Shown here in pieces: positions 1 to 12,981 of a stretch of 64,000 bases of DNA. The stretch is taken from NCBI GenBank assembly GCA_003971905.1, contig RSEE01000102.1, positions 124,001 to 188,000 on the forward strand, given 5' to 3'. Positions within the stretch are counted from its first letter, which is position 1; every line of letters starts with the position of its first letter. Origin of the DNA: Moniliella sp. 'wahieum' (lineage: Eukaryota). Position numbers and translations under genes: made by a program. The notes under the pieces are model-generated. The model was not told the DNA's origin. It ran no database searches and saw only the letters and a program-made list of their open reading frames with translations.

Positions 1-1032
1 TGAAGATGGCCTGTTGACGAGATGGGGGTCGGACTCGCCACCCCTTCTCGGCAACAGCGTCCGGCACTGGCCCCCAGCCAGCATCCCCAGGGCAGCACAG
101 GGGCAGCACAGCGGCCGGCCACGTCGCTGTGTGCTGTTACGTAATACCCCGAGGACAGGCCCGATGCGCTGACTGTGCGTGGTCTGGGTGACCGGTGAGC
201 GGTGGGCTCCCTGCCGAAGACAGGCGCAGTGCCTGCACGCTCCGTTCGCGCGCCAGCAGTGGCCTAGTGGCCAGGGAGAGCGACCGGTGAGCGCCAGGGC
301 GGGCGAGGCAAGCAACGCACGGCTGCGGGCCAGCCTGCTCTTCCACCACCACCGCTGTCTGTGCTGTGCGCGTCTCTGCCTCTCCAAGCATCGCAAATGG
401 TCAGCATCCATCCGTCCATCCATCTGTCCATCCATCCCACCCGCTCCTCCCTTTCTCCTGAGCTCTGCTGCGCGTGGCCCGCGTCCATCGCCCGCTCGGC
501 GCGTCGCGTGTGGCCTCCTGCGCCCCGCATGCAGCAGCCGTGGCCCCGCATCTGCCGGACGTGTGCTTGTGCTCGTCCGGCAGAGACACAACCCTCGCCC
601 CCCCTGCTCTCACGCATGGACGTGGCCCAAGCGGTGTGTTGAGGTTGAGCGGCTGTCGGGGTCACAAGCGGTCCGTGTGCAGCCGGCCTTGCCGTCTCTC
701 TCCTTTGAGTCCCGGCCCCGGGTGCTTGTGCTGCGTTTGGGACGTGAACTGCACGAGACTCCATGCGTGTCTGCTTGGTCGAGGGCAGCGGTCGACCAGG
801 ACGCTGTCGGTCGACCGAAGCTGGACTGGGAAGCGCTGGTCTCACGCTAGCTAGACTAGGCGTGATAAAGCGGCGTCTCTCTTCTCAGCCTCCCCCTCAC
901 TCCTCCCTTCCCAACCCTTTTCTCCTCCACTCCCCACCTCGACTTGAACTAACTCATCGTCTTGATGTCTGCTCGCTGTTTCCACTTGCTGTTTGATCCG
1001 CCCTGTCTACCGTTCCACCGCCTCAGTCCTCC

Positions 1033-1828
1033 ATGAACATTGACAAGCGTACGCTATTTTCTCCATTTTCTCCTCACGTGCACTTGGCAGGCAACTGACA
1101 CGGGTATCCCAGCTCTCGACGAGCTGATCAAGGCCAACCCGTCCGCACCCAGGCGTCGCTCGTCCCGTGATGGGGGACGAAAACGGTCGTCGGCCTCACG
1201 TGCGCCTGTACCGGCTAGCCGAAACGCTCTCCCGCCGCGCCGCGCGTGCCGTTCCTCCGCGTGTGCCTATTGGCACCACGAGTGCTCCGGCTCCCCCCCG
1301 CCCCCGCTCCTCGTACGGCTCCTCGATCGGAAGCAAGATCATCCTCTCCAACCTGCCCACCGATGTGACCGAGGCGCAGGTACGGGAACTGTTTACCACG
1401 TCGGTAGGACCAGTGAAGAAAGTGGTGATGAGCTATCAGCAGAACGGAGTGTCGACGGGAACGTGCACGGTGATTTTTGACCAGGCGGCCGATGGCCAAA
1501 AGGCATATGATCAATTCAACAGTCGTCTCATTGACGGTACGCGTCCGCTTCGTGTGGAGGTGGTGGTGGTGGATTTCGCACAGGTACCGGTAACTACACC
1601 GTACGCGCCTCCCATTGTGCTTGGAGGCCCTCCGCGCGGCAGCCGTGGTGGTGCCCCTCGTGGTTCCCGCGGTGGCGCGCGGGAAAGTGGTCGTGACGGA
1701 CCGCGTGGGGGACCGCGCGGCGGACCCCGTGGCGGCTCAGCTCCCCGCCCGCACAAGACGCTCGAAGACCTGGATGCCGAGATGGACGACTACCTCAAAG
1801 CCGGTGCGGATGCATCCCGGAGGCCTAA
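1033..1828 (+). CDS. YRA1: mRNA export adaptor Yra1/ALYREF (RRM protein)
   Basis: ATG at 1033. Intron 1049-1112 (GTACGC..CTGAC..CAG) joins MNIDKPLDELIK (N-terminal REF box). RRM reads SKIILSNLPTDVTEAQVRELF..VGPVKKV; an RGG tract and the C-terminal box KTLEDLDAEMDDY follow. One frameshift; stop position approximate. Confidence 0.9.
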
Positions 1829-2506
1829 GTCATCGTCGACCAACCGGATCCCCAGGCGACGTACGTTGCCCCCCCTAACCCCCCCCATTGGATCTGATCC
1901 ACGTTGGTCTCCAAACATAATTTGGCGTTGCTGCAGTGGGGGCTGCCTTCGACGTTGAGCCCGTTGTCCGGCCTTGGGCGACGGGACAAATGGTATCGTA
2001 TCCACAGTTCAAGTATCATCGACATCTATCATGCTTTCCGCCATAGGCGAGGTAACGGGGAAGCACAGCATCTACCCGGTACCCCCAACTAGTAGGCTTA
2101 TGTGTAGCCCATTCAAGCTCTCCCCATTCCCTCGTCCACCTCTTCCCGTCTTCCCGGCCGGTTCCTGCCTCACCGGTCACCTGGATCGCCAAGCCTGCTT
2201 CCGAGCCCTAGTTCTCGTCTTGCGTTCTAACCGAGACCTCGTTCAATCTCCACTCGTCGAATCGTTTTATGGTGCGCATGCTACCTCGGTATTCCAATGC
2301 AGCCTGGGAGGGGGGGGTGAGAAAGCGAGCTAGGGCAACAGCGGCAACATCGGTTCCAAACGAGACAGAATGGGGTAGGTGGCGTGACGTTGATAGACAG
2401 TAGACAGAGCTGGGAAGGGACGGGGTACAGGGTAGGGTAAGTATACGTGTGGCAAGCTTGCGAATCGGATCGGATCGGATCGAATTGGATCGAATTGGTT
2501 CGGATG

Positions 2507-5501
2507 CTAGCGCCGCATAAAGCGAAGTGTCAGAATAAATCCGCCCACGCCAATGGCAACCATCACGGCCACAATGCCGCCAAACCAATGCAGGTTGTCA
2601 TTCTCATCCACTTGGCCCGGTACCTGCACGCACAGTCAGTCGTCAGCCAAGGTGAGAAAGGAGCAAACGCAAACGCAAATGCAAAAGCAAACGCAAATAC
2701 AAATACAAATGCAAACGCAAACGCACCTTTACGTTCATCCCCCACAGACCGGTCACAATGTTGAGCGGTACAATCACCGTACCAAGCGCGGTAAGCTTGG
2801 ACAGCACATCGTTGATCTGGTTGTTGGCGTCGGTCATTTCGATCGAAATTTGGGCAAGGTAATTGGAATGGGAGCGGGACAGAATTTTTTCGTAGTGGTT
2901 CAAGTTCTGGGTCATGGTGATCAAGTGGTCTTGAATGTCGGAGAGGTACAGACCGATGTCCGACTTGGGCGCCACGGACCAATTCTCGTTACACCGCTTG
3001 GCCAGGCCCTTCACCACATCCGCCTTGCTTCCCATCAAGCGCAACAGCCCCATCACCTTTTTACGACACGACCCGATCCGCCGCAACATATCACTCTGCT
3101 CGGCCTCTTTTAAAATCAAGACGAGCTCGTCAATCGAGTCGACCTCGTACTCGATGCTTTGGATCAACGGGCCAAACGCATCGGTAATATCGTCAATCAA
3201 AGCATACGAGATCCAGTCCGAGGTGACCTGAATGTAATCCTTGAGCTGCTTGATGCGTCGCCGCACATTGTGCGGGTGCGGGGTGCTGCGGAAGTGGAAG
3301 GAAAGCGTTCCTTCGCGGAAGACGATAATGTACATGTTGAGCGGTTGGAGGTAGGTGGGGCTGTAAGGGTCTTGGTCAAACGAACGGAAACAGACCAGGT
3401 AGTAGTTGCGGAACAATTCAATCTTCTCCCGCGTCTCTTCCATAAGAATGTCCTCGGTCGTCAAAGGATGAATCCCAAACGCACGACTGATCACCTTCAT
3501 CTCCTCCACAGTGGGACTCTGGACATCGAGCCACCAAGTATTGGGTTCCTCATCAGCCGCCGTGGTAAGCATTCCCCCTGCTGGCAAACCTCTGCCCAAC
3601 GGTTCGGGCGGGGCGCGACCAGGCCCAGTGGGAGCGTGCCAGGCGCCCGCCCGGTCGTACCACGTGAAGCATCGCGCCGCCCTGGGGGAGCATCCGCTCG
3701 CAGGGAGCCATGTTTCGCACCACCGCCAAGGGTGTCCGTGTCGACCTCTGTCTGCTCTGGCACGGCATCCATTTCAGGTTTGGACACCGGCCGTCCCTTG
3801 AGCAAGTCCTCAAACGTTTGTCCTGGCGCAGGCAGCTCATACAGCTGGCGCGCATGGATGGTGCTGTTGAGCGCATTGCTATAGAACGCAAACCGGAACG
3901 GTTTCTGTTTCTCGCCTGCGGCATTGTAGCGTGCCTCGGCGCCCACCCGCCCGCGGCCACCTGTAGCCGAATGACGTACTTTTGCGCCGCAGGAAGGAAA
4001 CCGGACCGCGTGGGGGAGAAGAAGGCGCTTCGGGCATCTCCTCGTCTTCCCTTACTCCGTAGGTTGGTTGAGCCTTGACCTCCTTGCGATCCAAAAGAGA
4101 GGTATAGGGAGTAGCTTGGCCCGTGCCTCGCGGCTCCGCCGCATGCTCATCCCCATTGGGAATTGCCGTTGGCTCATCCCACTGGCCAGGAGGAGGTGGG
4201 GGGGGCGTTCCTACCTGGTCCTCAAACAAGGCGAGCTTACGTTGGTACCGTCCCGCCACGCTCGACGGCTCCACAGACGGAGCCGACGCAGGCTGGGAAA
4301 AGCGCGAGGAAGCATGGGTCGCGCCGGCATCTTCCTCCTGCCCCGTGTACTTGCGCCGACGACGAGCATAGAAGGAACTGTCATTGGCAGTGTAGCTGCT
4401 TAGCGGCTGACTCTTCCCTCCGGCCTCGGAGCCCCGCTGCCCCGTCACGACGCGCGACTGGATCGGAATCGCATCCGCCTGCTCGCGCTGTTGTCGGACA
4501 AAGTCATCGAGCGAGTCGAGATCAAACGTGTACGGGTAGCCGGGGGGCAATTCGGGCTCGGCACGCGGCGTCTGTGTACCGCCACCATAGTGTGCCGTTG
4601 CGTCCCCAGCCCGGTCCGCGTCCGGGTTGAGGTTGTCGGGCAGATCGGGGGGGGAGCGAGGGAAACACACGTCGTCTTCCGCATTGGCCTCACTGGGTGG
4701 CTGCGATAAGCCAGGGGAGAGTTGAGTGGGGTCGAGGGAGCTTGGGCCAACTGGGGGCGAGCGGGCAGAATGGAACGCCATGCTGCGCGCTGTCGAGGGC
4801 GACTGTCCAGAAACCATCTCGACAGGCGAGTAGCTGCTGCGGAACAGACCAGGCGATCGGGCGGAAGAAGCAATGTCCAGCCGAGAGGGAACGGCTTGCG
4901 AAGGTCGGTGATCGATCCAAGTCGATCCATGCTCCGCGTGGTCCCGGTCCGAATCAAAGCTACCTGTGCGCAGCCGGTGGCTCATCCGGAACCGATCGGC
5001 AATCCCTTGCGTGTTACCAAATTCAAGGGCCGAAGAGGCTGGCCACGCCGAGTTGCGCTGCGTCAGGAGCGCCGAATTGCCTTCGACAGTGGCAGGCGCC
5101 ACAGAGGCGTGGACGCGCATGTCCTCGTCCTCAGCGTCGTCGCGAGGATGAGAGGGGCGCATCATAGCGGGCAGCACAAGGGAACCTGAAAAGGTGCGTC
5201 AGTCTCGGATCGTTTTTTAGAGGCCAGGGGACCAAGAAAAAATGGATGAGAACCAGCTCAGCAACTGCGGGAGGGGGAGCGCGCCAGCTTGTTACAGGCG
5301 TTGCAGGGTGAAGGAGAGATGGGGGGGGGGGGAGAAGGGAGCAGAAGCCGGGAGCACAGTGGCGCACGGCAAGGGACAAGTTGGGGGAAGAACACATACT
5401 GTTGCGACGAGCACGCTGAATCTCGCGCGCCGACTCGAGATCTTGTTGCAGCTGTGCGTCCTCGACGGCGAGGGAGGGCGGGTGGCGTCGGGGCTAGACA
5501 T
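2507..5501 (-). CDS. CorA-family Mg2+ transporter (Alr1/Mnr2 type)
   Basis: WWLDVQSPT..FGIHPLTTEDI..ETREKIELF and the GMN motif (TGLWGMNVK). Intron 2726-2624, then VPG..WFGGIVAVMVAIGVGGFILTLRFMRR* (TAG at 2507-2509). Probable first exon from ATG 5501 with a GTATGT donor near 5399. Several frameshifts. Confidence 0.92.
2663..2723. repeat. Hexamer microsatellite (CAAAYR-type) inside the CorA intron
   Basis: gcaaacgcaaacgcaaatgcaaaagcaaacgcaaatacaaatac... read directly. Confidence 0.85.
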
Positions 5502-6399
5502 GGGAGAGCGCGCGCAAAGAGGAGAAAAGTGGCCAGCGCAGAGAGAAGGGGAGGAAAGGCAGACGCCCCAATGGGCAGCAGAACGTGGCAGGCGGGTGCG
5601 GGCGGTGCGTGTGGATGGTGCGGATGCACACAAGCGAGGTCGGCGCGAGGCGAGGCAATCGACCGACGCAGAACGAAACGGAGGGCGCACCGACCGGGGA
5701 AGGGCAAGGAGGAGGGGCAGAAGAAGGGGAGGTGGCGGTCACCGCTCCCTACGGCTTGACTGGCCCTCCGACTACGAGCGTACTCGGACTCAGTAGGCTG
5801 TCCACACTGACCTTTCCATAAGCGTGCTGGTCACTAGTCCTCGTCAAGCTTCAAGCTTCAAGGCCCCATCGCCCTCTGGCCAGCCACGGGTGAGGCTCAC
5901 CGGTGAGGTCACCTGTCACCCGTCGCCGGGCGCTCCCCAGCAGGCTGCCTCTCATCGATCTCATCCATCATCCATCCCACCGTGCGCAGAGCCGCGCCCA
6001 CTGCCCCCGTGCCTTCCCCTAATCGCACCTCAAAATTTCGCCTCCCGGCACAGCCACAGTGTCTAGGACAGGGTGACGTCAGCAGTCCCCAGCCTCCGCG
6101 CCCCCAGCTTCAACTTGCAACTTCCATCATTCCATCTTCAAGCTGCAATAAGCTTCAATAGCCTTCATGATTCATTCCTCCTGGGCATCGTTTTTTCTGC
6201 GCCCAGCCTCTCCGCCTTCTATTTCATTGAAAGATCATCGCATCAAGCTCTGCCTAAAGACTGGCTGGGCGACGCAGTCCTATATACTAGCTCACTGACA
6301 GTCCCCGCAGCGACTATTTTATAGTCGACGGATCATACCCTGCCCGATGATGCAGATGATGGCCGAGAGATATGTCTCCATCAACTACAATACCCTTTG

Positions 6400-7400
6400 T
6401 ATGATCTCCGATGGCGAAATTCATCGCCCCATATCATTTTTTCTTTTCTATCCTTGTTAGCACACGCGGTTCTCAACTACAACTAACCCAGATTGCCCAT
6501 TCTTGTTTCCTCTGTTATTGCCCTAATACAGGTGGGAACAGTCAATATCCCCAGTCGATGATCCCCTTGATTTTTCCACAATCCACCGTTATTTTCTCCC
6601 TCTTTCTTCCGCTATTGAGTTGTTGGGTTGCGACCTCCTGTGCGCGCTCGTGAACGCGAGACACCATTTTGGGTTTCCCTCACGGTCCGTCCTTTTTTGC
6701 CCATCTTCTAGTGGTAGCACCCCTTCCCTTCCTGAAACGTGTGTGCACTTTTTGGACTCACCGTGTGTTCCAGGTTCCATACCCATTTTGACGGTGACAG
6801 TGATAAGCAATTGTATACTATAGTGATGAGGGCGGTCGGTACACAGTCAATTTAACGACTCCAAATATACACTGTGGCATATTATGAAAACAAGTCAAGA
6901 GCTGTCTCTGCGCCTGTATAGCTCCAGCCTGAGAGCTCTCGCCTAATGCTGAAGAGATGAGGCTCCAACTACGTATGAGCGCTACGGTATACGGGAAATC
7001 CCAAATAAGGGATACCAGAAAATCGCGTCTCAGACCCCCACTCTTCTTCTCCTTCATCGGCGTTTCCTCTGGTACAGGCCAGGTGGGTTACCAGAAGCAG
7101 GCTTTCTTCTTCACCGCACCCGCATCTCCCCCTATCTCTCACGTTTTCTTATTGAAAGGTCAACGGAAGATATCCCCGCACTTAACCTAAGAAAGCTATA
7201 AGAATGTGGAAAACTGCAAGCTCGCATTAGAGGGATGCTGTGTCTGTCATAGTTTAGCTGATCTCCTCATCGCTCCTATTTCCAATTTTTCTTCGTCGTG
7301 AGCGTATCCCTCTTTCCCTATTCTTCCGCTTGGCACCATCATATCCTCTGTGTTTGCTTCTTCCCCAGAAACGATTGCCACATCCCTTGGACTAGCCCCG
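6400..7400 (-). pseudogene. Decayed aminoglycoside-phosphotransferase-like (APH/choline kinase fold) gene
   Basis: Minus-strand fragments in the expected order: EIGAMR..(T)SIPL, then FTSAHRRSQPNNSI (cf. FTHGDL.P.NI), then GKIKGIIDWG*LFP (6592-6542; cf. GIIDWE.AG.FP). Stops and frameshifts throughout. Confidence 0.4.
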
Positions 7401-9472
7401 AGACTCTATAGTCTCCCTCGCCTCAGTCCCGACTGTGACACTGATGTTTGCTCCTGCTTGTGGTGCGGTAAACATACCTTGAAGCCGGATTTCCACAATT
7501 CTTTCGCTTCCAGTGCATTTTGATTTTTGACTTTGTGATATTATCAATGGCTCTGCCACAATGTCCGATACGATGACGAACATCTTCCTCATCTCTGTTG
7601 TGTATGTACTACAGTTCACCATTATCTGTAGTGGCAAAGAATCATGCAACCCTCCACTCATCCCACTGTTGACATGTTGACAGAGGAGATAGACTGTTGT
7701 GCTCATGACTGATCCAACCTAAACATAATTGTGGCTGTGGATCTCTCAGAAAATGGGGAAAGAGACGGGGAGAGCTCAAATTGATCACAGGGCGTGAATC
7801 GTTGCATGATAACAGGTTGGTTTGCATATATACGGGGGGGATCACGGGAAACCTAATACTAGCGTATAAAACTCTGTGTTGCTTGTGTGATATCCTAAAG
7901 AGCGCGTTGGTTGGGAGGGTGGTAATACACGTAACGACAGGCTCGCGGATAGGGCCTGGGCCACTGAGAAAACCCAACTCTTTATATTCACAGAAGGTCG
8001 CACACGCAGTGGAACGGAACATTCTCGATCCGCTTTTTGACACAAAACAGAGTATGTACATGTGGGTTTTGTTTAGCGTTCAGACGAACTGGCCTAACAG
8101 TCATTACGCAGATGCAACCCAGGCAAGAGAGGCAAGAATCGTTTGAATGCTCTCGGCCCGGAGGGTCACCGCCCCCCAAAAGCCTTCGCTCATGACGACC
8201 TCTCATCGGATCTGCAGAATCCTTCTCCACATTAATACTTTAACGGTGCTTTCTTATAGATCACGCCGAGTAGAAAGCTGTCGGGCCTACCGCCAGGGCT
8301 GCGAACAACGTACTGTATTGATGCTGGTTTAACTTCGGTGGTCTGCATTGTATACCTATAATAGGGCTTCGTCTCAGCCTGTCCCCGGGTAGGCGGCGAC
8401 GGTCAATTCTCATCACATCTTCTTTCCGCCGTCATTCAGTATAGGTTCCATAGTCCACATACCGTTCTTTATAGTTGACCATATGACATTCCACGGCTCC
8501 ATCGTCCACACGCAGTTCACCGTACCATGAGGCATCATTTCGGCTAACGTTCCATCGTAATATTCTCACGGTATCCATACTAACACACTGTTCCAAAGTC
8601 AGACGTTGCAAACAAGCATCACACCTTACATACTACTGAGAACACTCTCACTTTTCATCCATGTCATTGTACATACTCCTCCACATATACCGACGTTTTC
8701 AATCCTCTCGCTATTTCAGCATGGATCACGCCGACCATGGTGTCTTCTCTTCTTTTCGATGGCGTTCTGGTATACTGTTGCCGCGCTAATGCGTGATCCA
8801 TGGAATGGGGAACAGTGCACGGAAGGGCAAGCTAATATATCAGAAATGGCGTGGCCTCTCTCATAGAGGCGGTAGTCAAACTACACAGTTACATTATGGA
8901 ACGGTAAACTATATCTCGGTGCACCAGTGTGCCCATCTATATACGGCAGGTGGGGTCCCACGGGTCGCGGGGGGCACGAGAAGGGAGAGGTGGGAAGGTA
9001 GTGTATTCTCTGTACTGTCGTGATGACAGTGTACTACGTGGCCTGTATATACTCCAAAACCATATGTTCACCAGGCATCCCCGTTCAAAAGAGCGACCAA
9101 ATATTTCCGGAGATCCGTCTGAACTGCAGCACCACACCATGTCGACGAACTTTTATAGAGAGTCCGCGTAGTAAACGCATATGCGACGGCGTTTTGAGGC
9201 TATAGGGGGCATTTTCTGGGCAACCCCGGTAACCTGGGTGACCGCCGGTGGCCCGTCCACTGCGACTGGGAAACAGTCCTGCCAGTGTGCAGGCCATGGA
9301 TAAAATACAGCGACTGTTAAATATGTTACAGGCACAACAGCACTGGAATAAGTACTCAGTCTCTGGTAATCGCAATGGTAATCGATAGCTCTCTCGCTTG
9401 CATAATGTGACAACGCCAATAAAAAGGTACAACACACCTGTTCGTTTAGACGTTTACTGACCTCTTCAAAAA

Positions 9473-9585
9473 CTCTTGAACCTCTTGAACCTCTTGAACC
9501 TCTTGAACCTCTTAAAAAGCTTGAAGAGCTTGAAGCTTGAAGCTTGAACAGCTTGAACGTTGAACCTCTTGAAGCTTAAAGCTTT
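9473..9585. repeat. TTGAA-anchored tandem array (CTCTTGAAC x4 grading into AGCTTGA units)
   Basis: Read directly. Confidence 0.85.
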
Positions 9586-11909
9586 ACTACATGGGCTTAG
9601 CGCTTACTCGATTACTTTATTACTAGACTTCCCGTCGTGACAACAGCAATGTGACGCTGTGATGCGTGAATATCGTGAATATTCATGAATGCTTTTCGAC
9701 CACAGCGAAATGGGAATGTGACTTGCTGATTGGACGGACGCCGGACAGGCGAGATAGAGGGATGTCTATGATGCTTCCCCTCTTGCGTCTTTGCTTTGCA
9801 GAGATGTGTTGGGAGGGTTTGGCACAAGCATAGAATGCGCGTAATGCGTAATGCCAAATCAGGACATAAAAGTGAGACTAGTGACAGCCACATATAGCAC
9901 AGGAACGTAAGAAGGAAATGTGTTGAGATCTCAATTGAGATCTGAGATCGACTGAAATCTGAGAGCTCATCTCTGAGAGATGGGAATGAGAGAGGCGATG
10001 ATCGATGACCAGATGACCGGGACAAGGCCAAGGGTCTAAATCAAAACATTATGAGAGCTTGTGAGAGATGCGCTGACGGCTGGGCCTATGGGGAAGTGGC
10101 GAAGACGTGACGACGGACACGGTCACTATATATCATTCAATATTGATTATCCTTTGTGTGCACGGAAAGCTCATCTCGATCATCCTCGATCTGTCCAAGA
10201 CGTTTCACCGGCAACTTTTCAAAAAGTAACCAGTGCACGTTCCAGAGGTTGAATTCATCCCCCTGCCTCCGAATATATTCTCCCGTCGTCTGTTCATCCC
10301 CTCCTCTTGCCTCACGGATTCGACATCTACGACGCACTTTTCTTGTAACATGTAACATCCCATAGGCACTATGCATCAGTACTCAGTCCGCTTAGGTTTT
10401 TATAAATGTGAGAAAACGACACCGAGTACTGAATGGCGGAGACTAATACCACTACTACACCATGTCGATATCAATATCAATATATCAATGGAAATAATAA
10501 TATAGTCATTGCTTGTTGCATTACTAGTTACTAGTTACTATAGCTTACTGGACATGTACAGCCGACGCGGGCCACACTCTGCTCTCTCTCTCGGCCCAAT
10601 ATAGAATTGTTTGTTGATTACGTTGATTGGATGCATTTTGGATACAGGCACTTGATGGAGATGATGGAGATGATCGAGATTCCCGGTCATGCTCATGCAT
10701 CACCTGTTCCTGGAGTCCCCACACAGTCACTATACTTACTATACTCGTACTCAGTACTCACTAGTAGCCACTAGTCATTAGTCAAACGATCGACACATTT
10801 CATCGATTGGATCGATCATCGACGACAGAGATTTCATTCATTCCGAAGGTACATGTCACAGTCTACTGTCACAGTACTTTGAAAGAGAGTGGGGGTTACC
10901 GGTTACGTTAACGCGTTAGCGCGTTAGCGTTTAACGTTTAACCTTTAACTGAGAAGTAGCTACGCTACCAGGCTAAGTGACGAATGCACTGTGCGGGTCG
11001 AATGAAACAGTCAGAGATAGCTTCTTGCAAGCTCCGGACGCGTGACGCTAGTCGGACTTTGAATGCAATAACAGGGAGAAGAGAAGGAGGGGAACGATGC
11101 TAATCCGAAGCGCGCGAGTCGCGAAACTCTGTAACCAGTTATTAAGTTATTGCGTTTGCCAGCGGTATGGCCGATCAAGCCATCCCGCCCAGTGGTGTCA
11201 CATGCCACATGATTATATGATACTCCAAAACATACTTTTGTCTATCATATGCACCCGCAATGCACTGTGTGCCTATGTCCGCTTCTCAGGTCCCAGATCT
11301 CATCGATCTCATATCTCACTATTCCTACAGAGACATAACATGCACCATGCACATCATTATGGACGACCATCGACTACTCTATGCTCTCTCTCAGCTCTGC
11401 AATAAAAAGGTCCATTAAAATCCCCTCATCGTCTCACTGTGATCCGTCGTATACCATTTAGTGTTTTAGTATAATTAGTAAGATGGCCAATAATATAGTG
11501 ACCGAGGAACGTTGCTAGGCGACGTGGTTTGTTTGTGCTTTATATTGATTGCTTGTTCTGATGCATGAGGCCTCAGCCCTCAGCCTGAGGGCTCAGCCTG
11601 AGGGCTGAGCGCATGAGCTCTGTAACCTCAACGTCTCTCAATATTCAATAGTCAATACCCTTCAAAAAATGCTTGGCCGTATGAGAAGAAAAGAGGGTGG
11701 TGCAGCGGATCCAAAAGCAAAAAACCCAAGTCATGCCTGTGCATGGAGGGAGCGATGCAGAGCCAGCCGTATTGGTTAACGGGGGAACAGAGGTGGTGAC
11801 CACCCATTGTTTCGAGAGTTTCCGTGGTAAAATTAGTAATTCTTCTATTGATGTTAATCACCTCAGAGGGGGCACGCTGGGGTTAGGGGTTACCGGTTAC
11901 GGTATATAT

Positions 11910-12300
11910 GACAAGAACGCCAAGTACCACAGGGACGCGCTCAAGAGCCGTTTTCCCCCCTGGTTTTTGACGATGCGAGGATACTGCGGCACCAAAACAG
12001 CGGACAAGATGCTCGGGCACAGGAAGGACTTGACTACTGACTCTCAATGGAAAAGGTTCCTCGCTCGGATGTCTACCATCACGTTTATCCGTGTCCACAC
12101 GCGCTACCGCGGGTATGGGAACGGATGGCGGTCACACCAGAGGGTCTTTTCATCTCCTGGCGATTCCCTTGGTTCCTTAAGCGGGGTTGGCACTACCAAG
12201 CACATCACACGCAAGACGAACGGATCGGTTTACAGGCGTAGCGTTTCCCTGTTCCACAGCCTTAATAAAGCTCTGTCGATGATCGATGATATGAATCCAG
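11910..12300 (+). mobile_element. 3' fragment (copy A) of CRE-like non-LTR retrotransposon: RLE C-terminus plus 3' UTR
   Basis: Aligns by eye to the reverse complement of 42480-43028 once the solo LTR is removed. DKNAKY..FPPWFLTMRG..KMLGHRK..QWKRFLARMST..IRVHTRY versus DKNVKH..KMLGHWK..EWKWLLARMSTTSIRIHTRY. Confidence 0.8.
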
Positions 12301-12921
12301 TATATGTATATAGTAAACAAAGAAGAGAATATATGTTCAGAGTACCTGTTTACGGGGAGATTCTACAAGGAAGAGAGCGCAGTTGCCCGATTTGTTATTG
12401 TTTTTTTTTTATTGAGTTGTAACCCTCCTTGAGTTGGTTTCTTTTCAAATGCTAATATAGCACGTCTCAACGCTCTCGTATCCTTTGTGCCGCTCCAATC
12501 GACCATCGGCCACCGGCCATTTAAGCTGATTAATGGGGAATTACTAGCTTTATTATTGGACTGTTAAAGACTGCTAGTCTGCTACTGACTGTCTTCCCTC
12601 TCTCGATCAGCATTTTCTCTTCTATACAAACCTCAATTGCACCCGCAGGGGGCTTCCCTTCCTTTTTACGAGCTTTCAAGCACATACCAATATCAATGTG
12701 TTCATCAATCTTTTCCAGACGATGTGCCACAACAATGTATCTCAGCCATCAAAACCTAACAGATTTCCTGCGTGTTATACCTGCGTTACCACGCCAGTCC
12801 TCTCAGAGACCACCCCGTTTGGGGAGGAGTTACTAGTTACTATTAGTTATTGTGATGTACATATTATATTAGTGGAGCCAAGTAATCAACAATATATGAA
12901 ATCTCGCACACACTGTTCCTT

Positions 12922-12981
12922 CCTCGTCCATTTCATTGACAGAGCTTAAGGCTGGGACAGGGGGAACGCTACGTCTAAACC
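12922..12981 (-). mobile_element. Short 3'-UTR fragment (copy B) of the same non-LTR family
   Basis: ttgacagagcttaaggctgggacag..aacgctacgtctaaacc matches 42494-42537 ttggcagagcttaagtctgggacaa..aacgctacgcctaaacc and, inverted, 12227-12282. Confidence 0.75.

Noticed and set aside
1..900. Overlapping GC-rich ORFs at the window start
   Set aside because: No recognisable domain. May be part of a spliced gene, but this cannot be supported.
11879..11893. GGGGTTAGGGGTTA as a telomeric target site of the CRE copy
   Set aside because: Fewer than two full units, and not found at the other copies.
11697..12422. 241-aa ORF as a novel or chromodomain-like protein
   Set aside because: From 11910 onward it is explained as the RLE C-terminus and 3' UTR of the CRE-like element.
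12227..12981. MITE bounded by ~55-bp terminal inverted repeats
   Set aside because: No TSD. The repeat is the retroelement 3' UTR, and homology continues outside the supposed left end.
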